A stretch of DNA of 64,000 bases. Source: Candidatus Omnitrophica bacterium UBA6215 (GTDB lineage Bacteria > Omnitrophota > Gorgyraeia > Pluralincolimonadales > Pluralincolimonadaceae). A program made the translations under genes and the position numbers. The stretch is taken from the NCBI GenBank assembly GCA_002421665.1, contig DISH01000001.1:5410-69409 (forward strand), given 5' to 3'. Below, piece by piece: positions 39,887-50,005 of the stretch. The notes under the pieces are model-generated. The model did no database searches and was not told the origin of the DNA. It was given only the letters and a program-made list of their open reading frames with translations. Each line of letters starts with the position of its first letter. Within the stretch, counting starts at the first letter, position 1.

Positions 39887-40881
39887 CGTTTACGATAGTC
39901 AGGTCTTTTTTTATACTTTTATGCGGTTTGATGGGCTATCAACTGGGCGATATCCTCAAGATAGGCGCTTTTTCCCAGAGCATCGGCGCTATTGCGGGAA
40001 TCATTGTCGCGGGAATGGTGATAGTGCTTGAGTACTCCACGAAAAGGGTCTCGGTCAAAGGGCTCTCCTCTGCGGTATTCGGCATAGTATTCGGCATACT
40101 TTTTGCCTGGCTGATAATAGGCGTATTCAAGCTTATACCCATGGATGACGACCTCAGGGCGGAATTCAACGGCATTCTTATACTTATATTTGCTTATCTG
40201 GGCATGGTAATGGCGGTAAGGGGAAAAGATGAGTTCAATATAATAATCCCTTATGTGAAGCTCAGAAGGGAAGACCAGCGCGAGGAGTTCATTGTTCTTG
40301 ATACTTCCGTGATCATAGACGGCAGGATCGCCGATATCTGCCGCACTAAATTCCTGGAAGGCAAATTGATTATTCCGCGTTTCGTCCTGAAGGAACTCCA
40401 GCAGATCGCCGATTCGGCCGATCCCATCAAGAGGAACCGCGGGCGGCGCGGCCTGGATATGCTTAACAAGGTGCGCAAGTCCGGCCAGATGGAGGTCAGG
40501 ATACACGAGGACGATTTCCCTGACATAAAGGATGTAGACGCGAAGCTCATAAAACTGGCCAAGGCGCTTAACGCCAAGGTGTTTACCAACGATTATAACC
40601 TGAACAAGATAGCCGAACTACAGGGCATAAACGTGCTGAACATAAACGAACTCGCCAACGCCCTGAAGCCCGTTGTAATACCGGGTGAATTGCTCGAGGC
40701 CAAAGTGGTAAAAGAAGGCAAGGAGTATAACCAGGCGGTAGCGTATCTTGATGACGGGACCATGGTGGTCATAGATAATGCCAGGCACGCGATAGGGCAT
40801 ACCGTAAAAGTAACGGTTACATCTGTCCTGCAGACAGCCGCCGGGAAAATGATATTCGCTAAACTCGATTCACAGCGATAG
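39883..40881 (+). CDS. yacL: YacL-like membrane PIN + TRAM domain protein
   Basis: Four TM segments, then a PIN domain (FIVLDTSVIIDG...) and a TRAM domain (GHTVKVTVTSVLQTAAGKMIFAKL). Conserved position before ispD-ispF. Confidence 0.8.
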   Translation: MTFTIVRSFFILLCGLMGYQLGDILKIGAFSQSIGAIAGIIVAGMVIVLEYSTKRVSVKGLSSAVFGIVFGILFAWLIIGVFKLIPMDDDLRAEFNGILILIFAYLGMVMAVRGKDEFNIIIPYVKLRREDQREEFIVLDTSVIIDGRIADICRTKFLEGKLIIPRFVLKELQQIADSADPIKRNRGRRGLDMLNKVRKSGQMEVRIHEDDFPDIKDVDAKLIKLAKALNAKVFTNDYNLNKIAELQGINVLNINELANALKPVVIPGELLEAKVVKEGKEYNQAVAYLDDGTMVVIDNARHAIGHTVKVTVTSVLQTAAGKMIFAKLDSQR

Positions 40882-40891
40882 GAGAGAAGAG

Positions 40892-41587
40892 ATGAAGGTG
40901 GCCGCAATAGTTGCCGCCGCCGGTAAAGGCGAGCGGATGAAGGCAAAGACGCATAAGGCTTTTGTCGGTTTGGGTAAAGATCCTATATTGTCCCATACGC
41001 TTAGGGCACTTGAGGCGTCGAATACCATCGGCGAGGTGATAATCGTAGTCCACCAGTCCGATCTGCCCAAAGCGCGCCTTCTCGTAAAGAAAGGGAAGTT
41101 TGGCAAGGTTAAGGATATCGTCGCCGGCGGTAAGCGCCGTATGGACTCAGTCAAGAACGGTCTTGACGCCTTGAGCGAAGACGCGGATTTTGTAATAGTC
41201 CATGACGGCTGCAGGCCGTTCGTGGATAATAAGATGATAAATTCTGTCATAGATGCGGCGGACACGTTCGGGGCAGCCATAACGGCCCTCCCGGTAAAGC
41301 CGACGATCAAGCAGGTGGAGAGGGGCAATTTTGTAGCCGCGACCCTTGACAGATCTACGCTTGTAGAGGTGCAGACGCCTCAGGCGTTCCGCAAGGATAT
41401 ATTGTTAAGGGCTTACGACAGGGCTTTTAATGCTGTAACGGGGGAACCGGAGGAGGCGACCGACGATGCCGTCCTCGTCGAGAGGATGGGTATCAAGGTG
41501 AAGGTTGTCGACGGGTCCGCCGACAACATCAAAATAACCACACCCGAAGACCTTAAACATGCCAAGGCTCTGGCGGGGGTGAAATAA
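40892..41587 (+). CDS. ispD: 2-C-methyl-D-erythritol 4-phosphate cytidylyltransferase
   Basis: MKVAAIVAAAGKGERM...; 231 aa. Confidence 0.85.
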   Translation: MKVAAIVAAAGKGERMKAKTHKAFVGLGKDPILSHTLRALEASNTIGEVIIVVHQSDLPKARLLVKKGKFGKVKDIVAGGKRRMDSVKNGLDALSEDADFVIVHDGCRPFVDNKMINSVIDAADTFGAAITALPVKPTIKQVERGNFVAATLDRSTLVEVQTPQAFRKDILLRAYDRAFNAVTGEPEEATDDAVLVERMGIKVKVVDGSADNIKITTPEDLKHAKALAGVK

Positions 41588-42063
41588 TGAGGGTCGGACT
41601 GGGATATGACATACACAGGCTTGTCGAGGGCAGGAAATTGTTCCTCGGGGGGGTAGAGATCCCTTATATAAAAGGACTCGATGGTTATTCCGACGCCGAT
41701 GTGCTCCTGCATGCCGTATGCGACGCGATACTCGGTGCAATGGGCAAGGAAGATATAGGGATACATTTCCCCAACAATGATCCGGAGTTCAAGGGAATAA
41801 GCAGTATTGAACTGCTCCACAGGGTTTCCGACCTCGCCCGGAGAGACGGTTTCAGGATAGTGAATGTCGATTCAACCCTCATAATGGAAGAACCTAAGAT
41901 ATTGCCTTTTAAGGCCAAGATGAGGAAGACCATGGCTTCGGTCCTTGCGATAGATGAAAGCCGCGTCAATATAAAAGCTACCACGCAGGAAGGCGTAGGG
42001 TCCATAGGGCGCGGGGAGGCCATAGCGGCTTATGCCGTGGCTTCCGTAGAGGAGACCAAATAG
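41587..42063 (+). CDS. ispF: 2-C-methyl-D-erythritol 2,4-cyclodiphosphate synthase
   Basis: MRVGLGYDIHRL...GYSDADVLLHA...; 158 aa. Confidence 0.9.
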   Translation: MRVGLGYDIHRLVEGRKLFLGGVEIPYIKGLDGYSDADVLLHAVCDAILGAMGKEDIGIHFPNNDPEFKGISSIELLHRVSDLARRDGFRIVNVDSTLIMEEPKILPFKAKMRKTMASVLAIDESRVNIKATTQEGVGSIGRGEAIAAYAVASVEETK

Positions 42064-42774
42064 ATGTATATATTACTGATAATTATAGCCGCGATAGCGG
42101 TAATAGCCCTGATAAAGATACTGGTCATCTCGGCGGTATTCAGGTCGGAGATCCAAGCTATATTTGAGCGTGATCCCGCAGCCAAGAACACTTTTGAGGT
42201 GATATTGCTATATTCAGGTCTTCACGCAATAATATATTACAGGATAGCTCACGCCATGCATTCCGCCGGGATACCACTTCTGCCGAGGATGCTTTCGCAA
42301 TTTGCCAGATTTGTCACCGGTATCGAGATACATCCGGCGGCGACTATAGGCAAAGGTCTTTTTATAGACCACGGCATGGGAGTGGTCGTAGGCGAGACCT
42401 CCGTAATAGGGGATAACGTAACACTATACCAGGGTGTTACCCTCGGGGGGACCGGTAAGGAGAGGGGGAAGCGCCACCCGACGATAGGAAAGGACGTTGT
42501 CATCGGCGCCGGCGCGAAAGTGCTGGGTAATATAACCGTGGGCGGTGACGTAATGATAGGCGCAAATGCGGTCGTGATAAAGGATGTTCCGGCGGATTCT
42601 ACCGTGGTCGGTATACCGGGAAGGATAGTCAAGAAGGAAGGCATGGATATCCCGGGCATAAGGCTTGATCATTCGAACCTTCCCGACCCGTTGACACAGT
42701 CCCTTGACCGCCTGCAGGATGAGATAAACCATATAGAGGGCGAGCTTAAGAAACATCGCCAGAACCTGAAATAA
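42064..42774 (+). CDS. cysE: Serine O-acetyltransferase
   Basis: SAT N-terminal region plus hexapeptide repeats ([27 protein letters not shown]...). Confidence 0.85.
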   Translation: MYILLIIIAAIAVIALIKILVISAVFRSEIQAIFERDPAAKNTFEVILLYSGLHAIIYYRIAHAMHSAGIPLLPRMLSQFARFVTGIEIHPAATIGKGLFIDHGMGVVVGETSVIGDNVTLYQGVTLGGTGKERGKRHPTIGKDVVIGAGAKVLGNITVGGDVMIGANAVVIKDVPADSTVVGIPGRIVKKEGMDIPGIRLDHSNLPDPLTQSLDRLQDEINHIEGELKKHRQNLK

Positions 42775-42781
42775 TCGCATA

Positions 42782-44215
42782 ATGCCGATCTCGATATACA
42801 ATACCCTAACCGGGAAGAAAGAAGAATTTAAACCCATGGAGTCCGGCCGGGTCCGCATGTACGCATGCGGGGTTACCGTCTATGATGAGTGCCACCTGGG
42901 GCATGCGCGCAGTGCGTTCATATTCGATTTTATCAGAAGGTATCTGATATTTCGCGGCTATAAGGTAACTTTCGTCAGGAATATAACGGATGTAGATGAT
43001 AAGATAATAAACAGGGCCAGGATGGAGACAGCCGACAACTCCTCTCCGCTCTTTGGAAAGGACCTGAACACCGCGACCAGGGAGGTGGCAGAGCGATATA
43101 CGAAGAGTTTTTACTCGGACATGGATTCCCTGGACATCTCCCGCGCCGATATAGAACCCAAGGCGACCGAGCATATCAAAGAGATAATAGCCATGGTCTG
43201 CGCCCTGGTAGATAAAGGCTGTGCTTACGAGTCCGGAGGAGATGTATATTTCGATGTCAGGAAATTTCCCGGATACGGAAAACTTTCCCACCAGGACAAG
43301 GACCAGATGCTCGAAGATGCTCATCCCGGCAAACTTGAAAAAAAGAGAGATCCGCTGGATTTCGCGCTCTGGAAATCCGCGAAACAGAACGAGCCGGAAT
43401 GGGATTCACCGTGGGGTAAGGGCCGCCCGGGCTGGCACATAGAGTGTTCGGCGATGTCCACAAAGTATCTCGGGGAAAATTTCGATATCCACGGAGGCGG
43501 GCGCGATCTTATATTCCCGCACCACGAGAATGAGGTTGCCCAGTCGGAATGTTCTACCGGAAAGCCCTTCGCGAATTTCTGGATACATAACGGACTTCTT
43601 ACCATAAACGGCGAAAAGATGTCGAAATCCCTGGGAAATTATGTATCCATCAAAGGCGTGCTGGAACGTTATCCCACGGACGTTCTGAAGGTTTTCTTTC
43701 TCGGGACCCATTATTCGCATCCGATAGATTTTACATGGGATAAGATGGACGCGGCGAAGAAAGGTTACGAGAGGTTCATCGTATTGCTCGATAAGATAGA
43801 CAGGCGGCTCTCCGGTGCCGCGCAGGTCCGGCCCGCCAAGTGTGCCGCTGCCGATGAGGCAAAGGAAAAATTCATCGAGGCGATGGACGATGACTTCAAT
43901 ACGCCTTCCGCTCTCGGCACCATGTATGACCTTGTAAGCGCTGCGAACAAAATTGTTGATAGAAATGAAGACATTTCTGTGTTAAAATACGTCAAGGATG
44001 CCATACTTGAGCTCGGAGGCGTCCTGGGTCTTTGCTTTAAGGCTTCTTCGTCTGGGCTTTCGGATACCGAGGTCCAGAAACTCGTCGATGCCCGTGTTGA
44101 GGCGAAGAAGAGGAAGGATTTTGCCGAATCAGACAGGATAAGGCGGGAGTTGGGGCTCAAGGGTATAATACTCGAAGACGACAAAGACAGGACTTACTGG
44201 AGAAGAAAAGTATAA
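42782..44215 (+). CDS. cysS: Cysteinyl-tRNA synthetase
   Basis: HIGH (CHLGHARS) and KMSKS motifs. 477 aa. Confidence 0.9.
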   Translation: MPISIYNTLTGKKEEFKPMESGRVRMYACGVTVYDECHLGHARSAFIFDFIRRYLIFRGYKVTFVRNITDVDDKIINRARMETADNSSPLFGKDLNTATREVAERYTKSFYSDMDSLDISRADIEPKATEHIKEIIAMVCALVDKGCAYESGGDVYFDVRKFPGYGKLSHQDKDQMLEDAHPGKLEKKRDPLDFALWKSAKQNEPEWDSPWGKGRPGWHIECSAMSTKYLGENFDIHGGGRDLIFPHHENEVAQSECSTGKPFANFWIHNGLLTINGEKMSKSLGNYVSIKGVLERYPTDVLKVFFLGTHYSHPIDFTWDKMDAAKKGYERFIVLLDKIDRRLSGAAQVRPAKCAAADEAKEKFIEAMDDDFNTPSALGTMYDLVSAANKIVDRNEDISVLKYVKDAILELGGVLGLCFKASSSGLSDTEVQKLVDARVEAKKRKDFAESDRIRRELGLKGIILEDDKDRTYWRRKV

Positions 44216-45154
44216 ATGCGAATAAAAGCCCACACCAAAGAGACTATCGCAGCCTACGGTTTTCTGGCGCCTAACCTTGTCGGGTTCCTGTTATTCACGT
44301 TCCTGCCGGTCTTCATATCCCTTATCCTGAGTTTCTTCCAGTGGGATATCCTTAGCGCGCCGAAGTTCGTGGGTCTTGATAATTTCATACAATTATTGGG
44401 TTTCCATAAGGATGCCGCCCTCGGCCATATAGTGGCCAATGACCCTAAATTCTGGCAGTACCTGTGGAATACTATTTTCCTCATGTTCTCCATACCCCTT
44501 TGCATGATGGCTTCCCTCGGCCTCGCCATAGCCCTTAATCGCAAGGTCAGGGGAGAGTCGATGTTCAGGACGGTATTTTTCCTCCCATCCATATGTCCCG
44601 GCGTGGCTGTTGCCATCCTCTGGTTATGGATATTCAATCCCGAATACGGCATGCTTAACAATATAATTTACTGGGGCGGGAAGCTGTTGGGATTCAACCT
44701 TCAGGGGCCGTTATGGTTGAATTCCCCCGGATGGGCAAAGCCGGCCCTTATGCTCATGAATTTCTGGATAGCTATAGGCGGTATGAACATGATCCTATAC
44801 CTTGCCGCGCTCCAAGGCATACCCAGGGACCTCTATGAGGCCGCCGATATAGATGGAGCCAACGGATGGCAGAAGTTCTGGGCAATAACATGGCCGCAGA
44901 TAAGCCCCACGACTTTCTTTATATTCATAATGAGCATAATAACCGGTTTCCAGGGCGGTTTCATGCAGGCATACATCATGACCGCAGGAGGACCGGGCGG
45001 CGCTACCACCACCATAGAGTATTATATATTCAACAACCTCTACACTTGGCAGAATGTCGGGTATGCAGCCGCTATAGCGTGGTTCCTTTTCGTGATCATT
45101 TTCATTGTTTCCCTTGTCAATTGGAGATACGGCGGTAAGCTCGTTCACTATTAA
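44216..45154 (+). CDS. Carbohydrate ABC transporter permease (MalF/UgpA-like)
   Basis: Six TM segments and an EAA loop (EAADIDGANGWQKFWAITWP). Confidence 0.8.
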   Translation: MRIKAHTKETIAAYGFLAPNLVGFLLFTFLPVFISLILSFFQWDILSAPKFVGLDNFIQLLGFHKDAALGHIVANDPKFWQYLWNTIFLMFSIPLCMMASLGLAIALNRKVRGESMFRTVFFLPSICPGVAVAILWLWIFNPEYGMLNNIIYWGGKLLGFNLQGPLWLNSPGWAKPALMLMNFWIAIGGMNMILYLAALQGIPRDLYEAADIDGANGWQKFWAITWPQISPTTFFIFIMSIITGFQGGFMQAYIMTAGGPGGATTTIEYYIFNNLYTWQNVGYAAAIAWFLFVIIFIVSLVNWRYGGKLVHY

Positions 45155-45167
45155 AGGAAGGGTTTAG

Positions 45168-46052
45168 ATGGATAAATACAGACGCGCCGGGGATATAAGA
45201 CCGGTAAGCGAAGCGGCAAGGAAAGAGAAGATGTTGCAGACGTTCGCCTATGTGATACTTGCCATAGGGGCTCTTTCCATGATAATGCCGTTCTTATGGA
45301 TGATCACCACTTCGCTCAAGACGCTCGAAGCCATCTATATAAGGCCGAAGAACTGGATACAGATGTTCATTCCGACGATGTTCATCTGGGAGAACTATAA
45401 GAGCGCTTTTGAGGTTGTCCCGTTCGCCAGGTTCTACCTGAACTCGATAATAGTGGGTGTAGCGGTGACGATAGGCCAGGTTTTCACGAGCTCATTGGCG
45501 GCCTACGCTTTTTCACGTTTGGAGTTCAAGGGCAGGGACAAGCTCTTTTTCGCTTACCTGGCCACGATGATGATACCCGGTTCTGTTACCATGATACCCG
45601 TTTATGTACTTATGAGGCTTTTCGGATGGGTCGATACCTATAAGGCCCTTATAATACCCGCGGTATTTACGGCCTACGGCACATTTATGCTCAGGCAGTT
45701 CTTTATGACCCTGCCGAAAGACCTTGAGGATGCCGCGAAAATAGACGGATGCGGTTTCTTCCGTATCTATACGACGATAATATTGCCTCTTTCGAAACCT
45801 GCCTTGGCGACCTTGACCGTCTTTACCTTCATGGGCAACTGGGGGAATTTCATGTGGCCCCTGCTTGTCACGAATACCATGGAGATGAGGACCCTGCCGA
45901 TAGGGCTGGAATCGTTCAAGACCCAGTACTCTACCGACTGGCACTTGCTTATGGCCGGTTCGGTGATGGCGATGCTCCCTATCGTCATAATATTTGTCTT
46001 CACACAGCGGTACTTCGTGGAGTCCATCAAGCTTACCGGCGTAAAGGGATAA
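45168..46052 (+). CDS. Carbohydrate ABC transporter permease (MalG/UgpE-like)
   Basis: EAA loop (EDAAKIDGCGFFRIYTTIILP). 294 aa. Confidence 0.8.
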   Translation: MDKYRRAGDIRPVSEAARKEKMLQTFAYVILAIGALSMIMPFLWMITTSLKTLEAIYIRPKNWIQMFIPTMFIWENYKSAFEVVPFARFYLNSIIVGVAVTIGQVFTSSLAAYAFSRLEFKGRDKLFFAYLATMMIPGSVTMIPVYVLMRLFGWVDTYKALIIPAVFTAYGTFMLRQFFMTLPKDLEDAAKIDGCGFFRIYTTIILPLSKPALATLTVFTFMGNWGNFMWPLLVTNTMEMRTLPIGLESFKTQYSTDWHLLMAGSVMAMLPIVIIFVFTQRYFVESIKLTGVKG

Positions 46053-46055
46053 CAT

Positions 46056-46673
46056 ATGCGGTCGGGCAAATTCATCACTATCGAGGGACCCGAAGGTTCG
46101 GGTAAATCGACGCATTCGCGTCTTCTTTGCGCATACCTTCGCCGCGAAGGTCGCCGGATCATGCATACCCGCGAGCCGGGCGGCACGGGCATCTCCGAAA
46201 CTATAAGGAAAATACTCCTGAGCAGGGAACATGAAGGCATGTCCGATGCCTGCGAACTGTTCTTGTTCATGGCTGCGAGGGCCCAGATAGTAGAAGAAGT
46301 TATAAAACCCGCGCTTAAAAAAGGATATACCGTTATTTGTGACAGGTTCCATGACGCAACCGTGGCTTACCAGGGTTACGGCGCCGGGATGGACCTGAAG
46401 ATCATAGAGTCCATGCGGAAACTCGCGACAGGACGGCTTAAGCCCGACCTGACCGTGCTTCTTGATGTGGATAGCGCGGTAGGCCTGAAGCGCGGCGGCG
46501 CCCGGGACAGGATGGAGAAAAAATCCCTTTCATTCCATAAAAAGGTAAGGAGGGGTTACCTGAAGCTGGCCAAGGCCGAGCCCCGGAGGATAAAGGTCAT
46601 ATCGACTACTTCGTTCTCCGTTAGAAAGGTGCAGGAAGAGATTAGAAAGGCCGTCTTACATGTCCTTCAATAA
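46056..46673 (+). CDS. tmk: Thymidylate kinase
   Basis: P-loop ITIEGPEGSGKST and a DRF motif (ICDRFHDATVAYQG). Confidence 0.85.
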   Translation: MRSGKFITIEGPEGSGKSTHSRLLCAYLRREGRRIMHTREPGGTGISETIRKILLSREHEGMSDACELFLFMAARAQIVEEVIKPALKKGYTVICDRFHDATVAYQGYGAGMDLKIIESMRKLATGRLKPDLTVLLDVDSAVGLKRGGARDRMEKKSLSFHKKVRRGYLKLAKAEPRRIKVISTTSFSVRKVQEEIRKAVLHVLQ

Positions 46674-47625
46674 GGTTATAGGTCAGGACCTGGCCGCGGA
46701 CCTCCTGAAAAAGGCCATAGAAGATAACAGGTTGGCGCACGCATATCTTTTTATAGGGCCTGAGGGTGTCGGGAAATCACTCCTTGCCGGGATATTCGCG
46801 AAAGCGCTCAATTGCGAAAAGAAGGAAACGTCCCCTTGCGAAGAGTGTATATCATGCAAAAAGATATCCTCCGGGATACATCCCGATGTCGCAACCATAC
46901 TGCCGGAAGGAAAATCTTTAAGGATAGGCATAGACTCTATTCGCAAGATGGAAGCCTCGATGTCCCTTAAACCGTATGAGGCAAGGACAAAGGTTTTTAT
47001 AATCGACGGGGCAGACAGCATGACGGAAGAGTCGGCTAATTCTCTGCTCAAGACTCTGGAAGAGCCCCCGAAGGATACGGTTATGATCCTGCTGGCCTCC
47101 AACCTGTTCAAGATGCAGCCTACGATAATATCCCGCTGCCAGAAAGTGCTGTTCCATCCGCTGAGCGAGCGTTCGATAATGAAAGAATTGGTGGAGCGAT
47201 ACGGCCTTGACGAGAAGAAGGCCCTGTGTATCGCCAGATTTTCCGAAGGCAGGCTTGGAAAGGCCGTAGAAGTCATTGAGGGCCGCGCCCTGGAGGACAG
47301 GAACAGGATAATCGATGATTTTCTCTCACCGAAACAGGCCGGTTACGAAGATACATGGCTTTACGGGGAACCCAGGGATAAGGTGAACGAGGCTTTGAAT
47401 GCCCTGGCGGTATATTTCAGGGACTTGCTGGTATTCGGCCTTTCAGGCGATGAAAAGCTTTTGGTCAATCTGGATAAAGCCGCTGACATTGCCCGTGATT
47501 CCGCGAAGTTCAGCGCGGAAAAGCTTGAGGCTATAATATCCTCGATCGCGGCGGCCCAGGAGGAGATCAGGAGAAATGCCAACATTAAGATAGCTTTGTC
47601 TTTCATGAGGCTTAATATAACTTAG
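46660..47625 (+). CDS. holB: DNA polymerase III delta-prime subunit
   Basis: AAA+ clamp-loader fold (HAYLFIGPEGVGKS...), a zinc module CEECISC, and the SRC motif. Confidence 0.8.
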   Translation: MSFNKVIGQDLAADLLKKAIEDNRLAHAYLFIGPEGVGKSLLAGIFAKALNCEKKETSPCEECISCKKISSGIHPDVATILPEGKSLRIGIDSIRKMEASMSLKPYEARTKVFIIDGADSMTEESANSLLKTLEEPPKDTVMILLASNLFKMQPTIISRCQKVLFHPLSERSIMKELVERYGLDEKKALCIARFSEGRLGKAVEVIEGRALEDRNRIIDDFLSPKQAGYEDTWLYGEPRDKVNEALNALAVYFRDLLVFGLSGDEKLLVNLDKAADIARDSAKFSAEKLEAIISSIAAAQEEIRRNANIKIALSFMRLNIT

Positions 47626-47636
47626 GGGGTTTTGAA

Positions 47637-48458
47637 TTGTTCGAAGTAGTCCAGGTCAGGTTAAGGGAGGGCGGTAAGACCCAGTTCTATGAGTTGGGCA
47701 ACATAAGGCCTAAGACGGGGGATGCCGTAATAGTAGAGGCCGACAGGGGCCTTGATTACGGGGAAGTCATATCGGATATAGAGACGCTGCCGCAGCTTCC
47801 GCAGGAAGAGCCGTTACGCAAAATATTGAGGGCAGCTACCGCGGCCGACCTTGACCAGATCAAGAAGAACCGCGAGAAGACGAGAGAGGCCTTTACGACC
47901 TGCCAGAAGAAGATCACGGAACACGGCCTCAAGATGAAATTGATAGAGGCCGAGTATTCGTTTGACAGGTCAAAACTGCTTTTTTATTTCACGGCCGACG
48001 GACGCGTGGATTTCAGGGAACTGGTAAAGGACCTGGCGAGAATATTCAAGGCAAGGATAGAGCTCAAACAGATCGGGGTTCGCGACGAAGCGAGACTGCT
48101 CGGGGGTTTCGGTCCATGCGGCAAGGCCCTCTGTTGCGCTACGTTCCTTAAGGATTTCGAGCCGGTCACCATAAAGATGGCCAAAGAGCAGAACCTCCCG
48201 CTCAACCCGGCCAAGATATCCGGGGTATGCGGCAGGCTTATGTGCTGCCTCGGTTATGAGCATAAGCTCTATGTAGAGCTTCTCCGGGGGCTGCCGAAGG
48301 AAGGCGATAAGGTAAACCTGGAGGGCCTATCCGGCAAGGTGATCTCAGTGAACGCGCTCAAGCGCGCGGTAACCATAGACTGCGGCGAAGGAAAAATAAC
48401 CGAGGTCGCGTGCAGCTGCCCGCAAATGTGTAAACTGCACCGCCAGAAGAGATCATGA
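47637..48458 (+). CDS. ricT: PSP1-domain protein (RicT/YaaT-like)
   Basis: PSP1 C-terminal domain with conserved Cys (GFGPCGKALCCATFL...CGRLMCCLGYE). Conserved position between holB and metG. Confidence 0.8.
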   Translation: MFEVVQVRLREGGKTQFYELGNIRPKTGDAVIVEADRGLDYGEVISDIETLPQLPQEEPLRKILRAATAADLDQIKKNREKTREAFTTCQKKITEHGLKMKLIEAEYSFDRSKLLFYFTADGRVDFRELVKDLARIFKARIELKQIGVRDEARLLGGFGPCGKALCCATFLKDFEPVTIKMAKEQNLPLNPAKISGVCGRLMCCLGYEHKLYVELLRGLPKEGDKVNLEGLSGKVISVNALKRAVTIDCGEGKITEVACSCPQMCKLHRQKRS

Positions 48459-50005
48459 GCAAGTTCTATCTGACTACCTCCATATATTACGTGAATGCGA
48501 AACCGCATATTGGACATTGCTATGAGTCCACGGTCGCGGACGCGCTTTCCAGGTACCACCGCCTTAAGGGCGCGGACGTATATTTCCTTACCGGGACAGA
48601 CGAGCACGGCCAGAAAGTCGCCAAGGCCGCCGCCGAGGCGGGAGTATCGACCCAGGAGTTCGTCGATTCGGTCGTCAAACCGTCTATAGAGCTCTGGAAG
48701 CGTATGTCGATATCCTATGATGATTTCATCCGTACTACTCAGGAGCGCCATATAAAGGTTGTCCAGGCGGTCTTCACGAAGTTGCACGAAAAAGGCGAAT
48801 TGTTCGAGTCCGAATATAAAGGATGGTACTGCGCGCCTTGCGAGGCGTTCTGGCCGGAGAGCCAGCTTGATGCGGGCAACTGCCCGGACTGCAAGCGCCC
48901 GGTTGAACAGATAACGGAGACGAACTGGTTCTTCAGGATGTCGAAGTACCAGGATTGGCTTATAGATTATATAAAAAGCCATCCGGATTTTATCAAGCCG
49001 GAGTCAAGAAAGAACGAGATATTGAGTTTTCTGGAGCAGCCCTTGCAAGACCTGTGTATATCCCGGCCGCGCAGCCGCCTAGAATGGGGCGTAGAGATAC
49101 CTTTTTCTAAGGACCATGTCTCATATGTTTGGTTCGACGCGCTGCTTAATTATATATCCGCTCTCGGTTATGCCGGAGGGGATGACGCCAAGTTCAAGAA
49201 GTACTGGCCCGCGGATATCCACATACTCGGTAAGGATATAATACGCTTCCATACGGTCTTTTGGCCGATCATACTCCATACACTCGGTATAGAACCCCCC
49301 AAGACAGTCTTCGCGCACGGCCACTGGCTTGACGCCAAGGGCAGGAAGATGTCCAAGTCCCTCGGTAATGCCGCGGATCCCGTCGAGATGATAGACAGGT
49401 ACGGGCCCGATCCTTTAAGGTATTTCCTTTTGAGCGAGATACCCTACGGACATGACGGGCTTTTTTCCGAAGAGGCCCTTGTCAGCCGTTTGAACACTGA
49501 TCTGGCCAACGACATAGGCAACCTGCTCAACAGGACGCTCACAATGATAGAAAAGTACTATGGCGGCGAGGTCCCCGCGCCTGCGAATACAAATGATCCC
49601 GCGGATGCGGAACTTAAGGCTCTTGCCGCAGGGCTTCCCGCGAAGATGGATGCCGCGATGACCGAGCTTGATTTTCCAAGCGCTACCGGCGCAATATGGG
49701 AATTGATAAACAAGGCGAACAAATATATAGAGGTCCAGGCGCCGTGGTCGTTGGACAAGCAGGGAAGGAAAGACCGGCTTGCAGATGTGATGTATAACCT
49801 TTCAGAGATATTACGTATCGTAACGGTCGCGGTATCGCCGTTCATGCCCGCTTCCGCGCAAAAGATGTGGGAACAATTGGGGATAGAAGGACCGCTTTCC
49901 GAGGCCCGCGCCTCGGATATGGGAAAATGGGGCATGATGAAACCCGCTACACAGGTGAAGAAAGGCGCGCCCTTGTTCCCCCGTATAGATACCAAGGCAA
50001 AATGA
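48455..50005 (+). CDS. metG: Methionyl-tRNA synthetase (short form)
   Basis: HIGH (AKPHIGHCYE), a Zn knuckle (CAPCEAFW...CPDCKRP), and KMSKS. Confidence 0.9.
   Translation: MSKFYLTTSIYYVNAKPHIGHCYESTVADALSRYHRLKGADVYFLTGTDEHGQKVAKAAAEAGVSTQEFVDSVVKPSIELWKRMSISYDDFIRTTQERHIKVVQAVFTKLHEKGELFESEYKGWYCAPCEAFWPESQLDAGNCPDCKRPVEQITETNWFFRMSKYQDWLIDYIKSHPDFIKPESRKNEILSFLEQPLQDLCISRPRSRLEWGVEIPFSKDHVSYVWFDALLNYISALGYAGGDDAKFKKYWPADIHILGKDIIRFHTVFWPIILHTLGIEPPKTVFAHGHWLDAKGRKMSKSLGNAADPVEMIDRYGPDPLRYFLLSEIPYGHDGLFSEEALVSRLNTDLANDIGNLLNRTLTMIEKYYGGEVPAPANTNDPADAELKALAAGLPAKMDAAMTELDFPSATGAIWELINKANKYIEVQAPWSLDKQGRKDRLADVMYNLSEILRIVTVAVSPFMPASAQKMWEQLGIEGPLSEARASDMGKWGMMKPATQVKKGAPLFPRIDTKAK

Noticed and set aside
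45513-46352. 279-aa - strand ORF antisense to the ABC permease and tmk genes
   Set aside because: Arg/His-rich shadow ORF with no domain signature; the sense-strand genes are clear.
49867-50001. Upstream extension of the TatD-rSAM gene into metG
   Set aside because: It would overlap metG by 139 nt. The ATG at 50002 forms the usual ATGA coupling and yields the canonical TatD start.
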